Shown here: piece after piece, positions 55,163-62,000 of the stretch
Layout: the number at the start of each line of letters is the position of its first letter
How positions within the stretch are numbered: position 1 is the first letter of the stretch
Assembly: GCF_000737315.1 (NCBI RefSeq)
Contig: NZ_JMCB01000006.1
Span: 82,001 to 144,000 of the forward strand
Direction of reading: 5' to 3'
Source of the DNA: Hyalangium minutum
GTDB taxonomy: Bacteria; Myxococcota; Myxococcia; Myxococcales; Myxococcaceae
DNA length: 62,000 nucleotides
Notes under the pieces: generated by a model
Seen by the model: only the letters and a program-made list of their open reading frames with translations
The model's database searches: none
Told to the model about the DNA's origin: nothing
Program-made: the position numbers and the translations under genes

Positions 55163-56347
55163 CTAGGGCGCGGAGGGCACCAGGACGCCCTCGGAAGTGA
55201 AGGTGGTGAGCTGGTAGTCGGAGAGCTCCAGCGCCTCGTGGCGCGTGGGGGTGAAGGCGGGCTGATACGTGCGGATGAGTCCTTTATGAGGCCCGAGCTG
55301 TTCCAGGGCGTCGCGGACCTTCGGCCGATCCGTGGTGCCCGCCTTCTTGATGGCCAGCGCCAGCAGCCACACGGCGTCATACGCGTGCGCCGTCCCTACC
55401 GGCGCGGAGATGTCCTCGGCCCGCGTCGTCCCGAACATCTGGTGGTAGGCGGTGAGGAAGTCCTGGGTCCGCTTGTCCTTGGCGCCCACGAAGGAGAACG
55501 TCTGGAACACGGAGAGCTCGACCTCGGAGAGGGCCGGCCCCGCCATCGCCACGAAGCTCCCACCCGAGAGGCCCCAGTGCGCATAGAGGGGCACGCGCTT
55601 GTCCTGGGGCCTGCGCGCCATGCTCTTGATGGCGTTGCTGCCCTCCGGGGCGTTGGCCACCAGGAGGATGGCCTGGGCGCCCATGCGCTCGAGCGCGGCG
55701 ACCTGTGCGTCCATGTTCTCGTCGGCCCAGTTGAACCACTGCACGCCTGCGGGCGTCAGCTTGCGCCGGGCCAGCGCCTCGCTCATGGCCTTCTCATTGC
55801 TCCGGCCCCACGCGCTGCGCTCCAGCAACAGCCCGAGCTGGGTCCGCCCCGGCTTCAGCGCCTTGGAGACCAGGAACTCCCCCACGAGCGAATCCTGGGC
55901 GGAGACCCGGAAGGTGTAGCTGGGTGTCTCGCCGTGATCGATGAGCTCCTTGGTGGACGCCCACGTCCCCATGAACACGAGCTGCCGCCGGTGGATGTAC
56001 GGGAGGCTCGTGAGGAAGGCGGCGCCGTGCAGCCCCCCCAGCACGGCCACGAGGTTCGGCATGTCCGCGAGCTCGGGGAGCTGGGACTCGGCCCGAGCGG
56101 GCACGCCGTGGTGGTCTCTCACCACGAGCTCCAGCTTGCGTCCGCCCAGGAGGCCGCCCTGGCCGTTGATCTCGGAGATGGCCAGCAGCGCCCCGCGGCG
56201 GACGGCCTCTCCCGCCATGGCCGAGCCGGAGCTCATGTCCGCGTGAAGCCCCAGGACAATCGGAGGCCTGTCGAGAGGCTTGTCCTGCGCGCCCGCAACC
56301 CCCGCCACCAGCAGGGCCGCGCACAGCATCCACCCCAGTCGTTGCAT
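55163..56347 (-). CDS. Periplasmic solute-binding protein, branched-chain amino acid (LivJ/K-like) fold
   Basis: Signal peptide, GALLAISEINGQGGLLGGRKLELVVRD, YTFRVS and AHAYDAVWLLALAI. Confidence 0.85.
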   Translation of the reverse strand: MQRLGWMLCAALLVAGVAGAQDKPLDRPPIVLGLHADMSSGSAMAGEAVRRGALLAISEINGQGGLLGGRKLELVVRDHHGVPARAESQLPELADMPNLVAVLGGLHGAAFLTSLPYIHRRQLVFMGTWASTKELIDHGETPSYTFRVSAQDSLVGEFLVSKALKPGRTQLGLLLERSAWGRSNEKAMSEALARRKLTPAGVQWFNWADENMDAQVAALERMGAQAILLVANAPEGSNAIKSMARRPQDKRVPLYAHWGLSGGSFVAMAGPALSEVELSVFQTFSFVGAKDKRTQDFLTAYHQMFGTTRAEDISAPVGTAHAYDAVWLLALAIKKAGTTDRPKVRDALEQLGPHKGLIRTYQPAFTPTRHEALELSDYQLTTFTSEGVLVPSAP

Positions 56348-56526
56348 GTACGCCCCCTGGGTCGCCCGTCCCAAGCCCCACCTGTCCTGAGTGCCAGCGG
56401 TGATAACGCGTCTTCTCGCGAGGTGCAGCCACCTCGCTTCCCCCGGGTCTTCTGACCGACACCCACAATGTATCAGGTCCAATCCCGAGCCCTGCAAGCC
56501 GCCGGGGTCCCCGCTATGGTGGGGAC

Positions 56527-57366
56527 GTGAGCCCGCCCCGCTTCGTCCCCGGTCATGAGCCCCCCACCCGCCGCCGCGAAGAGGCCTTCCTGTTTGCCGC
56601 CCAGGGCCTGGAGCTCCTCATCGAGGAGCGGGAGGGCGGCGTGGCCATCCCCCAGGGTGCTCGCCTGCCGGAGCTCGCCGAGGGCGCGCACTTCATCGGC
56701 ACGCTGGATGGGGTGGACTGCTACGCCGCCAGCTGGCCGAAGGGAAAGGAGCCCCCCACGGGGCTGAAGCTCATCGGCGGGCGCAACCTGTTCCGGCAGG
56801 TGGACGAGGAGCTGCTGTTCGTCGCGGGCCGCGCGCTGGCCATCGCCGAGTGGGATGTCACTCACCGCTTCTGCGGCCGCTGTGCCACGCCCACGGACCT
56901 GGTGCCCGGCGAGCGCGCGCGCCGCTGCCCCGCGTGCCACACGCCCTTCTATCCGCGCATCTCGCCTGCGGTCATCGTGCTGGTGACCCGGGGGGACAGC
57001 GTCCTGCTGGCCCGCTCCGCCAGCTTCCCGGACGCCTTCTTCAGCACGCTCGCGGGCTTCGTGGAGCCGGGCGAGTCGCTCGAGGAGACGGTGCACCGCG
57101 AGGTGAAGGAGGAGGTGGGGGTGGAGCTGAAGAACCTGCGCTACTTCGGCAGCCAGCCGTGGCCCTTCGGGCGCTCGCTCATGGTGGGCTACACCGCCGA
57201 GTACGCGGGCGGCGAGCTGCACGTGGACGACAAGGAGATTGCCGAGGCCGGCTGGTTCACCGTGGACACCCTCCCCCGCATCCCCCCGCGCCTGAGCATC
57301 GCGCGCCACCTCATCGACTCGTGGGTGGAGCGGATGAAGGGGAAGGCCGGCCCCTCGGGGAGCTAG
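56527..57366 (+). CDS. nudC: NADH pyrophosphatase (NAD+ diphosphatase)
   Basis: Zinc ribbon CGRC...CPAC, YPRISPAVIV, Nudix box AGFVEPGESLEETVHREVKEEVG and SQPWPF. Confidence 0.9.
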   Translation: MSPPRFVPGHEPPTRRREEAFLFAAQGLELLIEEREGGVAIPQGARLPELAEGAHFIGTLDGVDCYAASWPKGKEPPTGLKLIGGRNLFRQVDEELLFVAGRALAIAEWDVTHRFCGRCATPTDLVPGERARRCPACHTPFYPRISPAVIVLVTRGDSVLLARSASFPDAFFSTLAGFVEPGESLEETVHREVKEEVGVELKNLRYFGSQPWPFGRSLMVGYTAEYAGGELHVDDKEIAEAGWFTVDTLPRIPPRLSIARHLIDSWVERMKGKAGPSGS

Positions 57367-57469
57367 GGGCGGAGCGCCTGCCTGTCAGGCGCGTGGAACG
57401 TCCCGGGTCAGCCAAGCGGTTGGAATCCTCCGGGGACCGTGCTTAAAAGCGCCCCCCGCTCGCCCTCCC

Positions 57470-58162
57470 ATGCTTGCCGCGCGTCCTCATATCCAGCCCC
57501 GCCGCACACCCACCGCGGACTCCGTGATGGTGAAGGAGATCTACCTCTCCGTGCAGGGCGAGTCTTCCCACGCGGGCCTGCTGTGCTCCTTCGTGCGCCT
57601 CACCGGCTGCCACCTGCGCTGCACCTACTGCGACAGCGAGTTCGCCTTCCGGGGCGGCACCCGCATGAAGAACGCCGAGGTGGTGGAGCAGGTGAAGGCC
57701 CTGCGCGCCCCGCTGGTGGAGGTGACGGGCGGCGAGCCCCTGCTCCAGCCCGGCGTGTACCCGCTCATGGAGGCCCTGCTCGCCGAGGGCCTCACCGTGC
57801 TGCTGGAGACGAGCGGCGCCATCGACGTGCGGCTGGTGCCCCCGGCCGTGCACAAGATCGTCGACATGAAGACGCCCTCCTCGGGCGAGTGCGACCGGAA
57901 CGACTTCGGCAACTTCACCTCGATGAACGCCAACGACGAGCTGAAGTTCGTCATCGGCAGCCGGGCGGACTACGACTGGGCGCGCGCGCTCATCACCGAG
58001 CACCGCCTGCTGGACAAGCCCTTCGGGCTGCTGTTCTCCACCGTGTTCGGCAAGCTGCACCCGCGCGAGCTGTCCGAGTGGATCATCGAGGACCGGCTGC
58101 CCGTGCGCTTCCAGCTCCAGCTGCACAAGTACGTGTGGGACCCTGCTGCCCGGGGCGTGTGA
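57470..58162 (+). CDS. queE: 7-carboxy-7-deazaguanine synthase (radical SAM)
   Basis: EIYLSVQGE, FVRLTGCHLRCTYCDS (CxxxCxxC), VTGGEPLLQ, LETSG and FQLQLHK. Confidence 0.85.
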   Translation: MLAARPHIQPRRTPTADSVMVKEIYLSVQGESSHAGLLCSFVRLTGCHLRCTYCDSEFAFRGGTRMKNAEVVEQVKALRAPLVEVTGGEPLLQPGVYPLMEALLAEGLTVLLETSGAIDVRLVPPAVHKIVDMKTPSSGECDRNDFGNFTSMNANDELKFVIGSRADYDWARALITEHRLLDKPFGLLFSTVFGKLHPRELSEWIIEDRLPVRFQLQLHKYVWDPAARGV

Positions 58163-58175
58163 GCGCGCTCACCGC

Positions 58176-58619
58176 TCACCACCGGCCGCGGCGGGCGATG
58201 AAGGAGACCAGCAGCCCAACCCACGCCAGCACCAGCAACCCGTTCACCACGCCCAACCCCAGCGCGAGCCAGGCCTGCCCTGCGCCGCCAACGGCTCCTT
58301 GGCTCTCGCGGATCCGGCGCCGCTCTCGCGTGCCGACCCACAGTCCAAGCACGGACATCACCAGGTTCTGCAGCGGCAGGGCCCCCAGCAGCGGGAAGGT
58401 GACGAGGACAAGGACGTTGAGCGCGAGGATGACCTTCATCCTCCGGGGCGGCACGGCGCCCTTGTGCAGCAACGCGAGGCAGCTGGCGCAGGAGGCCGCC
58501 TCTCCCAGGAGCTCGGTGCAGGCGCCGCACAGGAAGGTGCCGCAGCGCGCGCAGGAGGCCACCGCGGCGGCCTCGGGGTGATTCGCGCAGCGCGCGCCAG
58601 CCGGCTCGGGCGTGAGCAT
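58176..58619 (-). CDS. B-box-like zinc finger membrane protein (DUF4190-like C-terminus)
   Basis: CANHP...CARCGTFLCGAC...CASC followed by hydrophobic helices. Confidence 0.7.
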   Translation of the reverse strand: MLTPEPAGARCANHPEAAAVASCARCGTFLCGACTELLGEAASCASCLALLHKGAVPPRRMKVILALNVLVLVTFPLLGALPLQNLVMSVLGLWVGTRERRRIRESQGAVGGAGQAWLALGLGVVNGLLVLAWVGLLVSFIARRGRW

Positions 58620-58655
58620 TCACCACCTCCAGCGCCAGGAGCCGAAGCCCAGGCC

Positions 58656-58934
58656 TCAGTAGTCCGGCGGGTACCCCACCATCACCCGCGTCACCCCATG
58701 GGCGCCCAGGCCCAGGAAGACGGCGGCCAGCACCGAGCAGCCGAAGAAGCCCGCGAGGATGAGGTTCTTGCGCGGGTGCTCGAACTGGCTGAACGCGTAG
58801 AAGAGGATGTAGCAGGGGATGAGCAGCACCATCATCCCCGTGCCCACGCTGCGACGGAACGCGTGGATGAACAGGAAGACGGCGCAGACGAGCGTCACGA
58901 GCCCAAACAGAGTGGCGAGCGGCAGGAGCGGCAC
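58656..58934 (-). CDS. Small membrane protein, 92 aa
   Basis: Three hydrophobic segments, HAFRRSVGTG...IPCYILFYAF, GC3-biased codons. Confidence 0.65.
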   Translation of the reverse strand: MPLLPLATLFGLVTLVCAVFLFIHAFRRSVGTGMMVLLIPCYILFYAFSQFEHPRKNLILAGFFGCSVLAAVFLGLGAHGVTRVMVGYPPDY

Positions 58935-59026
58935 GATAGGCCACAGATAACACGGTCCAGGCTTTGCGGCGGCCCCAAGCGCATATAAATGACGCTCACC
59001 CGCCCTCCTTCCGAGGTACCCCTGCC

Positions 59027-59338
59027 ATGGACAAGCTCAAGACAGTGCTCCTCTTCACGCTCGTGGGCGGGCTGATCGGCAACGTGGTGGCCACCTTCAC
59101 GAACCGCAGCTACCAGGTGTGGAACAACACCACGCCGCTGGCCACGGAGACGAAGTGCAACCTGCCGCAGGTGGTGCACGACGTCACCACGGAGCTCATC
59201 CACGCCCAGGCCCTCGGCGCGGGCATCGGCGCGCTCGTCTTCCTGGTGCTGGGCATCGTCTTCGTCCAGGCCCGCGCCAAGAAGCAGCGCGCCACCCCGC
59301 CCGCGCCCCCGGCCGCGCCCACGCCCACGGCGGGCTGA
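59027..59338 (+). CDS. Small two-TM membrane protein
   Basis: MDKLKTVLLFTLVGGLIG... with GC3-biased codons and a GAGG RBS. Confidence 0.7.
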   Translation: MDKLKTVLLFTLVGGLIGNVVATFTNRSYQVWNNTTPLATETKCNLPQVVHDVTTELIHAQALGAGIGALVFLVLGIVFVQARAKKQRATPPAPPAAPTPTAG

Positions 59339-59342
59339 GCCT

Positions 59343-59726
59343 CTACGGGCGCGGGTGGACCTGGACCGTCGTCGAGCCGCTCAGCGAGGAGCCCTCTCCG
59401 TCGCGGATGTTCACCCTGAGCAGGAAGCTCGTCACTTTGGTGACCTCGGGCGCGATCCAGGTCGGCTCCCCCACCTCGGGGTTGCTGTACGTCCCCGCGG
59501 GCTCCGACGGCGACTGGATCCACCGGTAGCGCAGCTCATCCCCATCCTCGTCCGTCACCACCAGGTGCATCTGCACCTCGGTCCCGGAGACCACGTCCTT
59601 CATGGAAGGCTCGGGGCCCGCGGAGACGATGGGATTGTGGTTGGGAGGCCCGTAGCCACACCCCGTCCCCAGCACTCCCAGCAGCAGCAGCGACGCACCA
59701 CCCCGATGCGAGAAGAACGATTTCAT
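59343..59726 (-). CDS. Small lipoprotein with PKD/Ig-like domain
   Basis: Lipobox-like GTGC, NHNPIV...DEDGDELRYRW.Q...WIAPEV pattern. Confidence 0.7.
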   Translation of the reverse strand: MKSFFSHRGGASLLLLGVLGTGCGYGPPNHNPIVSAGPEPSMKDVVSGTEVQMHLVVTDEDGDELRYRWIQSPSEPAGTYSNPEVGEPTWIAPEVTKVTSFLLRVNIRDGEGSSLSGSTTVQVHPRP

Positions 59727-59811
59727 GAGAGCCGGCCCTCCAGCGCGGTGAGTAGGAGCCGCACTTTAGTGCCTGCCCCCCACCCCCGCATCTGCCTCCG
59801 GGCAGGGGATG

Positions 59812-61188
59812 TCACGCCAGCAGCAACTCGACCGTGAAGCGCGCCCCGCCCTCCGGGCGGTTCTCCGCGCGCAGCGAGCCTCCGAAGGTCTCCACGTACT
59901 CGCGCGAGAGCGCCAACCCCAGCCCCGTCCCCTTCCCCTGTGCCTTGGTGGTGAAGAAGGGCGTGAAGAGCCGCGACAGGTGCTCCGGCGGGAAGCCCGG
60001 CCCATTGTCCTCGAGGACCAGGTGCACCCGCTCCTCTCGCGGCTGAACCCTCAGCGCCACCCGAGGGCCTTTCACCCCAGTGTCCTCCAGCGCGTCCGCC
60101 GCGTTGAGCAGCAGGTTGAGCAGCACCTGGCCCAGCCGCCGCGCATCCGCGCGCACCAGCGGCATCGCGGGAGGCACCTCCACCTTCACCTCCAGCCGCT
60201 TCAGCCGCACCGAGGCCAGCCGCATGCTCTCCTCAATGACGGTGGAGAGCTGGCAGTTGCCCACCTCCCTCGGCGTGGGCTCCGCGTCGCCGCGCGCCAG
60301 CGCCGTCAGGTCCTGGACGATTTGCTGGATGCGCACCACGCCCGCCTGCGTCTCGTTCACCACCTCCAGCCAGTCCGCCATGGGCCGGCTCTGCTGACGC
60401 GGCAGCTCGTCCGCCAGGAAGCCCAGGTTGGCCTGGATGAAGGCCAGCGGGTTGTTCACCTCGTGGGCCACGCCCGCCGCCAGCCGGCCCACCTGCACCA
60501 GCCGATCCACCTCCTGAGCGCGCGTCTGCGTGGCCGCCAGCGCCTCCTGCGCCACTTGCCGGTGGGCCTCCGCGTCCGCGCGGGCCTGCTTCATCCGCGC
60601 GTAGAAGTACGAGGCCTGAACCGCCACCATTCCCGAGGCGGTGATGAGCAGCCCCCACAGCACGAGGAGGGAGGCGGAGCGGCCCTCCAGCACCAGCACC
60701 CCGAGCGCCGTCACCAGGCTGGCGGCCGCGCTCAGCAGGGAGCGGTACAGCACCCCCATTGACAGGGCCATGCCCAGCAGGGGCAGCGCGCAGAACCACG
60801 CGAACACGGGGCTCTGGCTGCCGCCCAGCCGCCAGATGATCCACGCCACGAACACCTGCGGCAGCACCAGCCCGGTGATGGACCAGCCCACCGTGCCCCG
60901 GTACCGGGCCTGGATGTGCCGCAGCCCCCAGAACGTCAGCAGCGTCAGCAGCATCCAGAGGAGCCGGATGGCCAGCGTGTCCCACCGCGCCTGCTGCGAC
61001 GCGAGTATGTCCACCGCCCAGAAGGGCAGGTTCGACATCGCCATCCACACCACCGCCCGCTGCTTCTGCCGCGCCACGGTGTCACGGGGAGTGGAGCCGG
61101 TGGGTTCGCGGGAGAGGCCGCGCCCTTCGACCGGAGGGACTTGTTTCAAGAGAAACTCACTTCTCGGCCATTCCAGGAAGACTGGCAA
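59812..61188 (-). CDS. Orphan membrane sensor histidine kinase
   Basis: Five to six TM segments, HEVNNPL, NLLLNAADA, DNGPG and FFTTKAQGKGTGLGL. Start codon uncertain. Confidence 0.85.
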   Translation of the reverse strand: MPVFLEWPRSEFLLKQVPPVEGRGLSREPTGSTPRDTVARQKQRAVVWMAMSNLPFWAVDILASQQARWDTLAIRLLWMLLTLLTFWGLRHIQARYRGTVGWSITGLVLPQVFVAWIIWRLGGSQSPVFAWFCALPLLGMALSMGVLYRSLLSAAASLVTALGVLVLEGRSASLLVLWGLLITASGMVAVQASYFYARMKQARADAEAHRQVAQEALAATQTRAQEVDRLVQVGRLAAGVAHEVNNPLAFIQANLGFLADELPRQQSRPMADWLEVVNETQAGVVRIQQIVQDLTALARGDAEPTPREVGNCQLSTVIEESMRLASVRLKRLEVKVEVPPAMPLVRADARRLGQVLLNLLLNAADALEDTGVKGPRVALRVQPREERVHLVLEDNGPGFPPEHLSRLFTPFFTTKAQGKGTGLGLALSREYVETFGGSLRAENRPEGGARFTVELLLA

Positions 61189-61241
61189 AAATCCAATCCC
61201 ATGGATCCGCGAGACCCGTCAAGTCTCTGAAATCACGGCCG

Positions 61242-61508
61242 TCAGGCCACCGGGCGGCCAATCAAGCGCAGCTTCTCGGCGCGAGTCAGCCGCTTGAGGG
61301 CGGCCTCCCGGCGCAGGGCGGTACCCCGGTCTTCGGCGGGCTCGCTCCACACCAGCTTCACGGGGAGGCGGGCCCGCGTGTACGCGGCCCCCTTGCCTCG
61401 CCCGTGCGTGGCGAGCCGACGCTCCAGGTTGTTGGTGGCGCCGGTGTACAGCGTCCCATCACGGCAGCGCAGCATGTAGACGGTCCAACAGCTGGGGGCG
61501 TCCGGCAC
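61242..61508 (-). CDS. GIY-YIG nuclease family protein (YhbQ-like)
   Basis: WTVYMLRCRDGTLYTGATNNLERRL..H..GKGAAYTRARLP...ALRRE..LK. GTG start is inferred. Confidence 0.85.
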   Translation of the reverse strand: MPDAPSCWTVYMLRCRDGTLYTGATNNLERRLATHGRGKGAAYTRARLPVKLVWSEPAEDRGTALRREAALKRLTRAEKLRLIGRPVA

Positions 61509-61539
61509 GCGCGCCACTGTACCGCAACCGCGCGGAGCT

Positions 61540-61809
61540 TCAGTGGCCGTAGGCCTGGCGCCCCCAGTCCACAGGAGGGCCACACTCCTCCATCACCTCG
61601 GAAACCCGGAGGAGTGGGTCCACTTCCCAAGCTTCGAGAATCCGTGCCTCGCTGATCAGCCCGAGGAGCGTTCCCTTCTCCTCCACGACCGGAAGAAGGC
61701 GCACTTGGTGACGTTCCATCACCCTTAGGGCACACAGCAGGGTATCTGTGGGCAAAACGGTGACAGTCCCCGGTACTGCCGCTTCCTCGCTCGTTCCATG
61801 CTGCTGCAT
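61540..61809 (-). CDS. CBS domain protein
   Basis: TVLPTDTL..AL.VM..HQVRLLPVVEEKGTLLGLISE; GGAGG RBS. Confidence 0.7.
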   Translation of the reverse strand: MQQHGTSEEAAVPGTVTVLPTDTLLCALRVMERHQVRLLPVVEEKGTLLGLISEARILEAWEVDPLLRVSEVMEECGPPVDWGRQAYGH

Positions 61810-61844
61810 CTCGAACCTCCCTGGCCTCAGTCACGGGGGAGTAA

Positions 61845-61860
61845 TGCAACCGGCCTGCCG
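61845..61860 (-). promoter_or_regulatory. Candidate sigma54 -24/-12 promoter for the CBS gene
   Basis: Minus strand reads CGGCAGGCCGGTTGCA, with GG and GC at canonical spacing, 36 nt above the ATG. Confidence 0.4.
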
Positions 61861-61955
61861 AACCATGTGGGTGCTCACTTTTCGACAGAGCACCCAACGT
61901 GCCAGGGCGTTAGGCTGGCGGGGTGAGGCGAATCCAGACGCCGAGGCTGGTCCGC

Positions 61956-62000
61956 ATGGCGGACCTCTTCTCCCGGGCGGTGAGCCGCAACGGCGAGGGG
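61956..62000 (+). CDS. Start of a gene truncated by the window edge (MADLFSRAVSRNGEG...)
   Basis: ATG with an open frame to the edge. The MxDLF start is reminiscent of RarA-type proteins, but 15 codons cannot identify it. Confidence 0.4.
   Translation, partial: MADLFSRAVSRNGEG

Noticed and set aside
1-62000. CRISPR array, tRNA/rRNA, transposase, integrase or prophage genes
   Set aside because: No regularly spaced repeat-spacer array, cloverleaf, rRNA signature or DDE/tyrosine recombinase motif was recognised by manual reading; dedicated scanners were not run.

Overview
High-GC (about 70%) myxobacterial chromosomal window. The gene content points to Cystobacterineae (Archangium/Hyalangium/Stigmatella-like), which is an inference. 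I found no rRNA, tRNA, CRISPR array, IS element or prophage. From left to right: a truncated DNA topoisomerase III gene; an intergenic region with a small orphan ORF and a run of hairpins; a Tat-signal SDR, an NTT-like MFS transporter and an aminotransferase; cell-envelope proteins; a GH77 glucanotransferase; a CarboxypepD_reg-repeat/PDZ protein; an RND pump; an ADYC-domain lipoprotein behind a Ser/Thr kinase-STAND NTPase-TM-FGE-like receptor; two convergent Ig-like lipoproteins; and a coupled operon of a TPR/PEGA-fused TonB-dependent receptor, NUDIX, GNAT, a WecB/TagA glycosyltransferase and an acyltransferase. Next comes a compact Wzx/Wzy exopolysaccharide locus resembling the Myxococcus xanthus eps core (epsZ-wzxX-epsY-epsX-57 aa protein-epsW-epsV-epsU-wzyX-wzeX-epsD-epsB). 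Upstream of it lies a co-oriented signalling operon: solute-binding protein, Cache/HAMP/PAS kinase, REC-GAF pseudokinase, REC-GAF kinase and a GT4. The window ends with nudC, queE, small membrane proteins, an orphan kinase and CBS/GIY-YIG genes. The best candidates for undescribed systems are the SBP-triple-kinase-GT4 relay next to the eps locus and the kinase-STAND-FGE/ADYC pair. All family assignments come from motif recognition by eye; no database searches were run. eps gene names are assigned by motif plus recalled synteny with M. xanthus.
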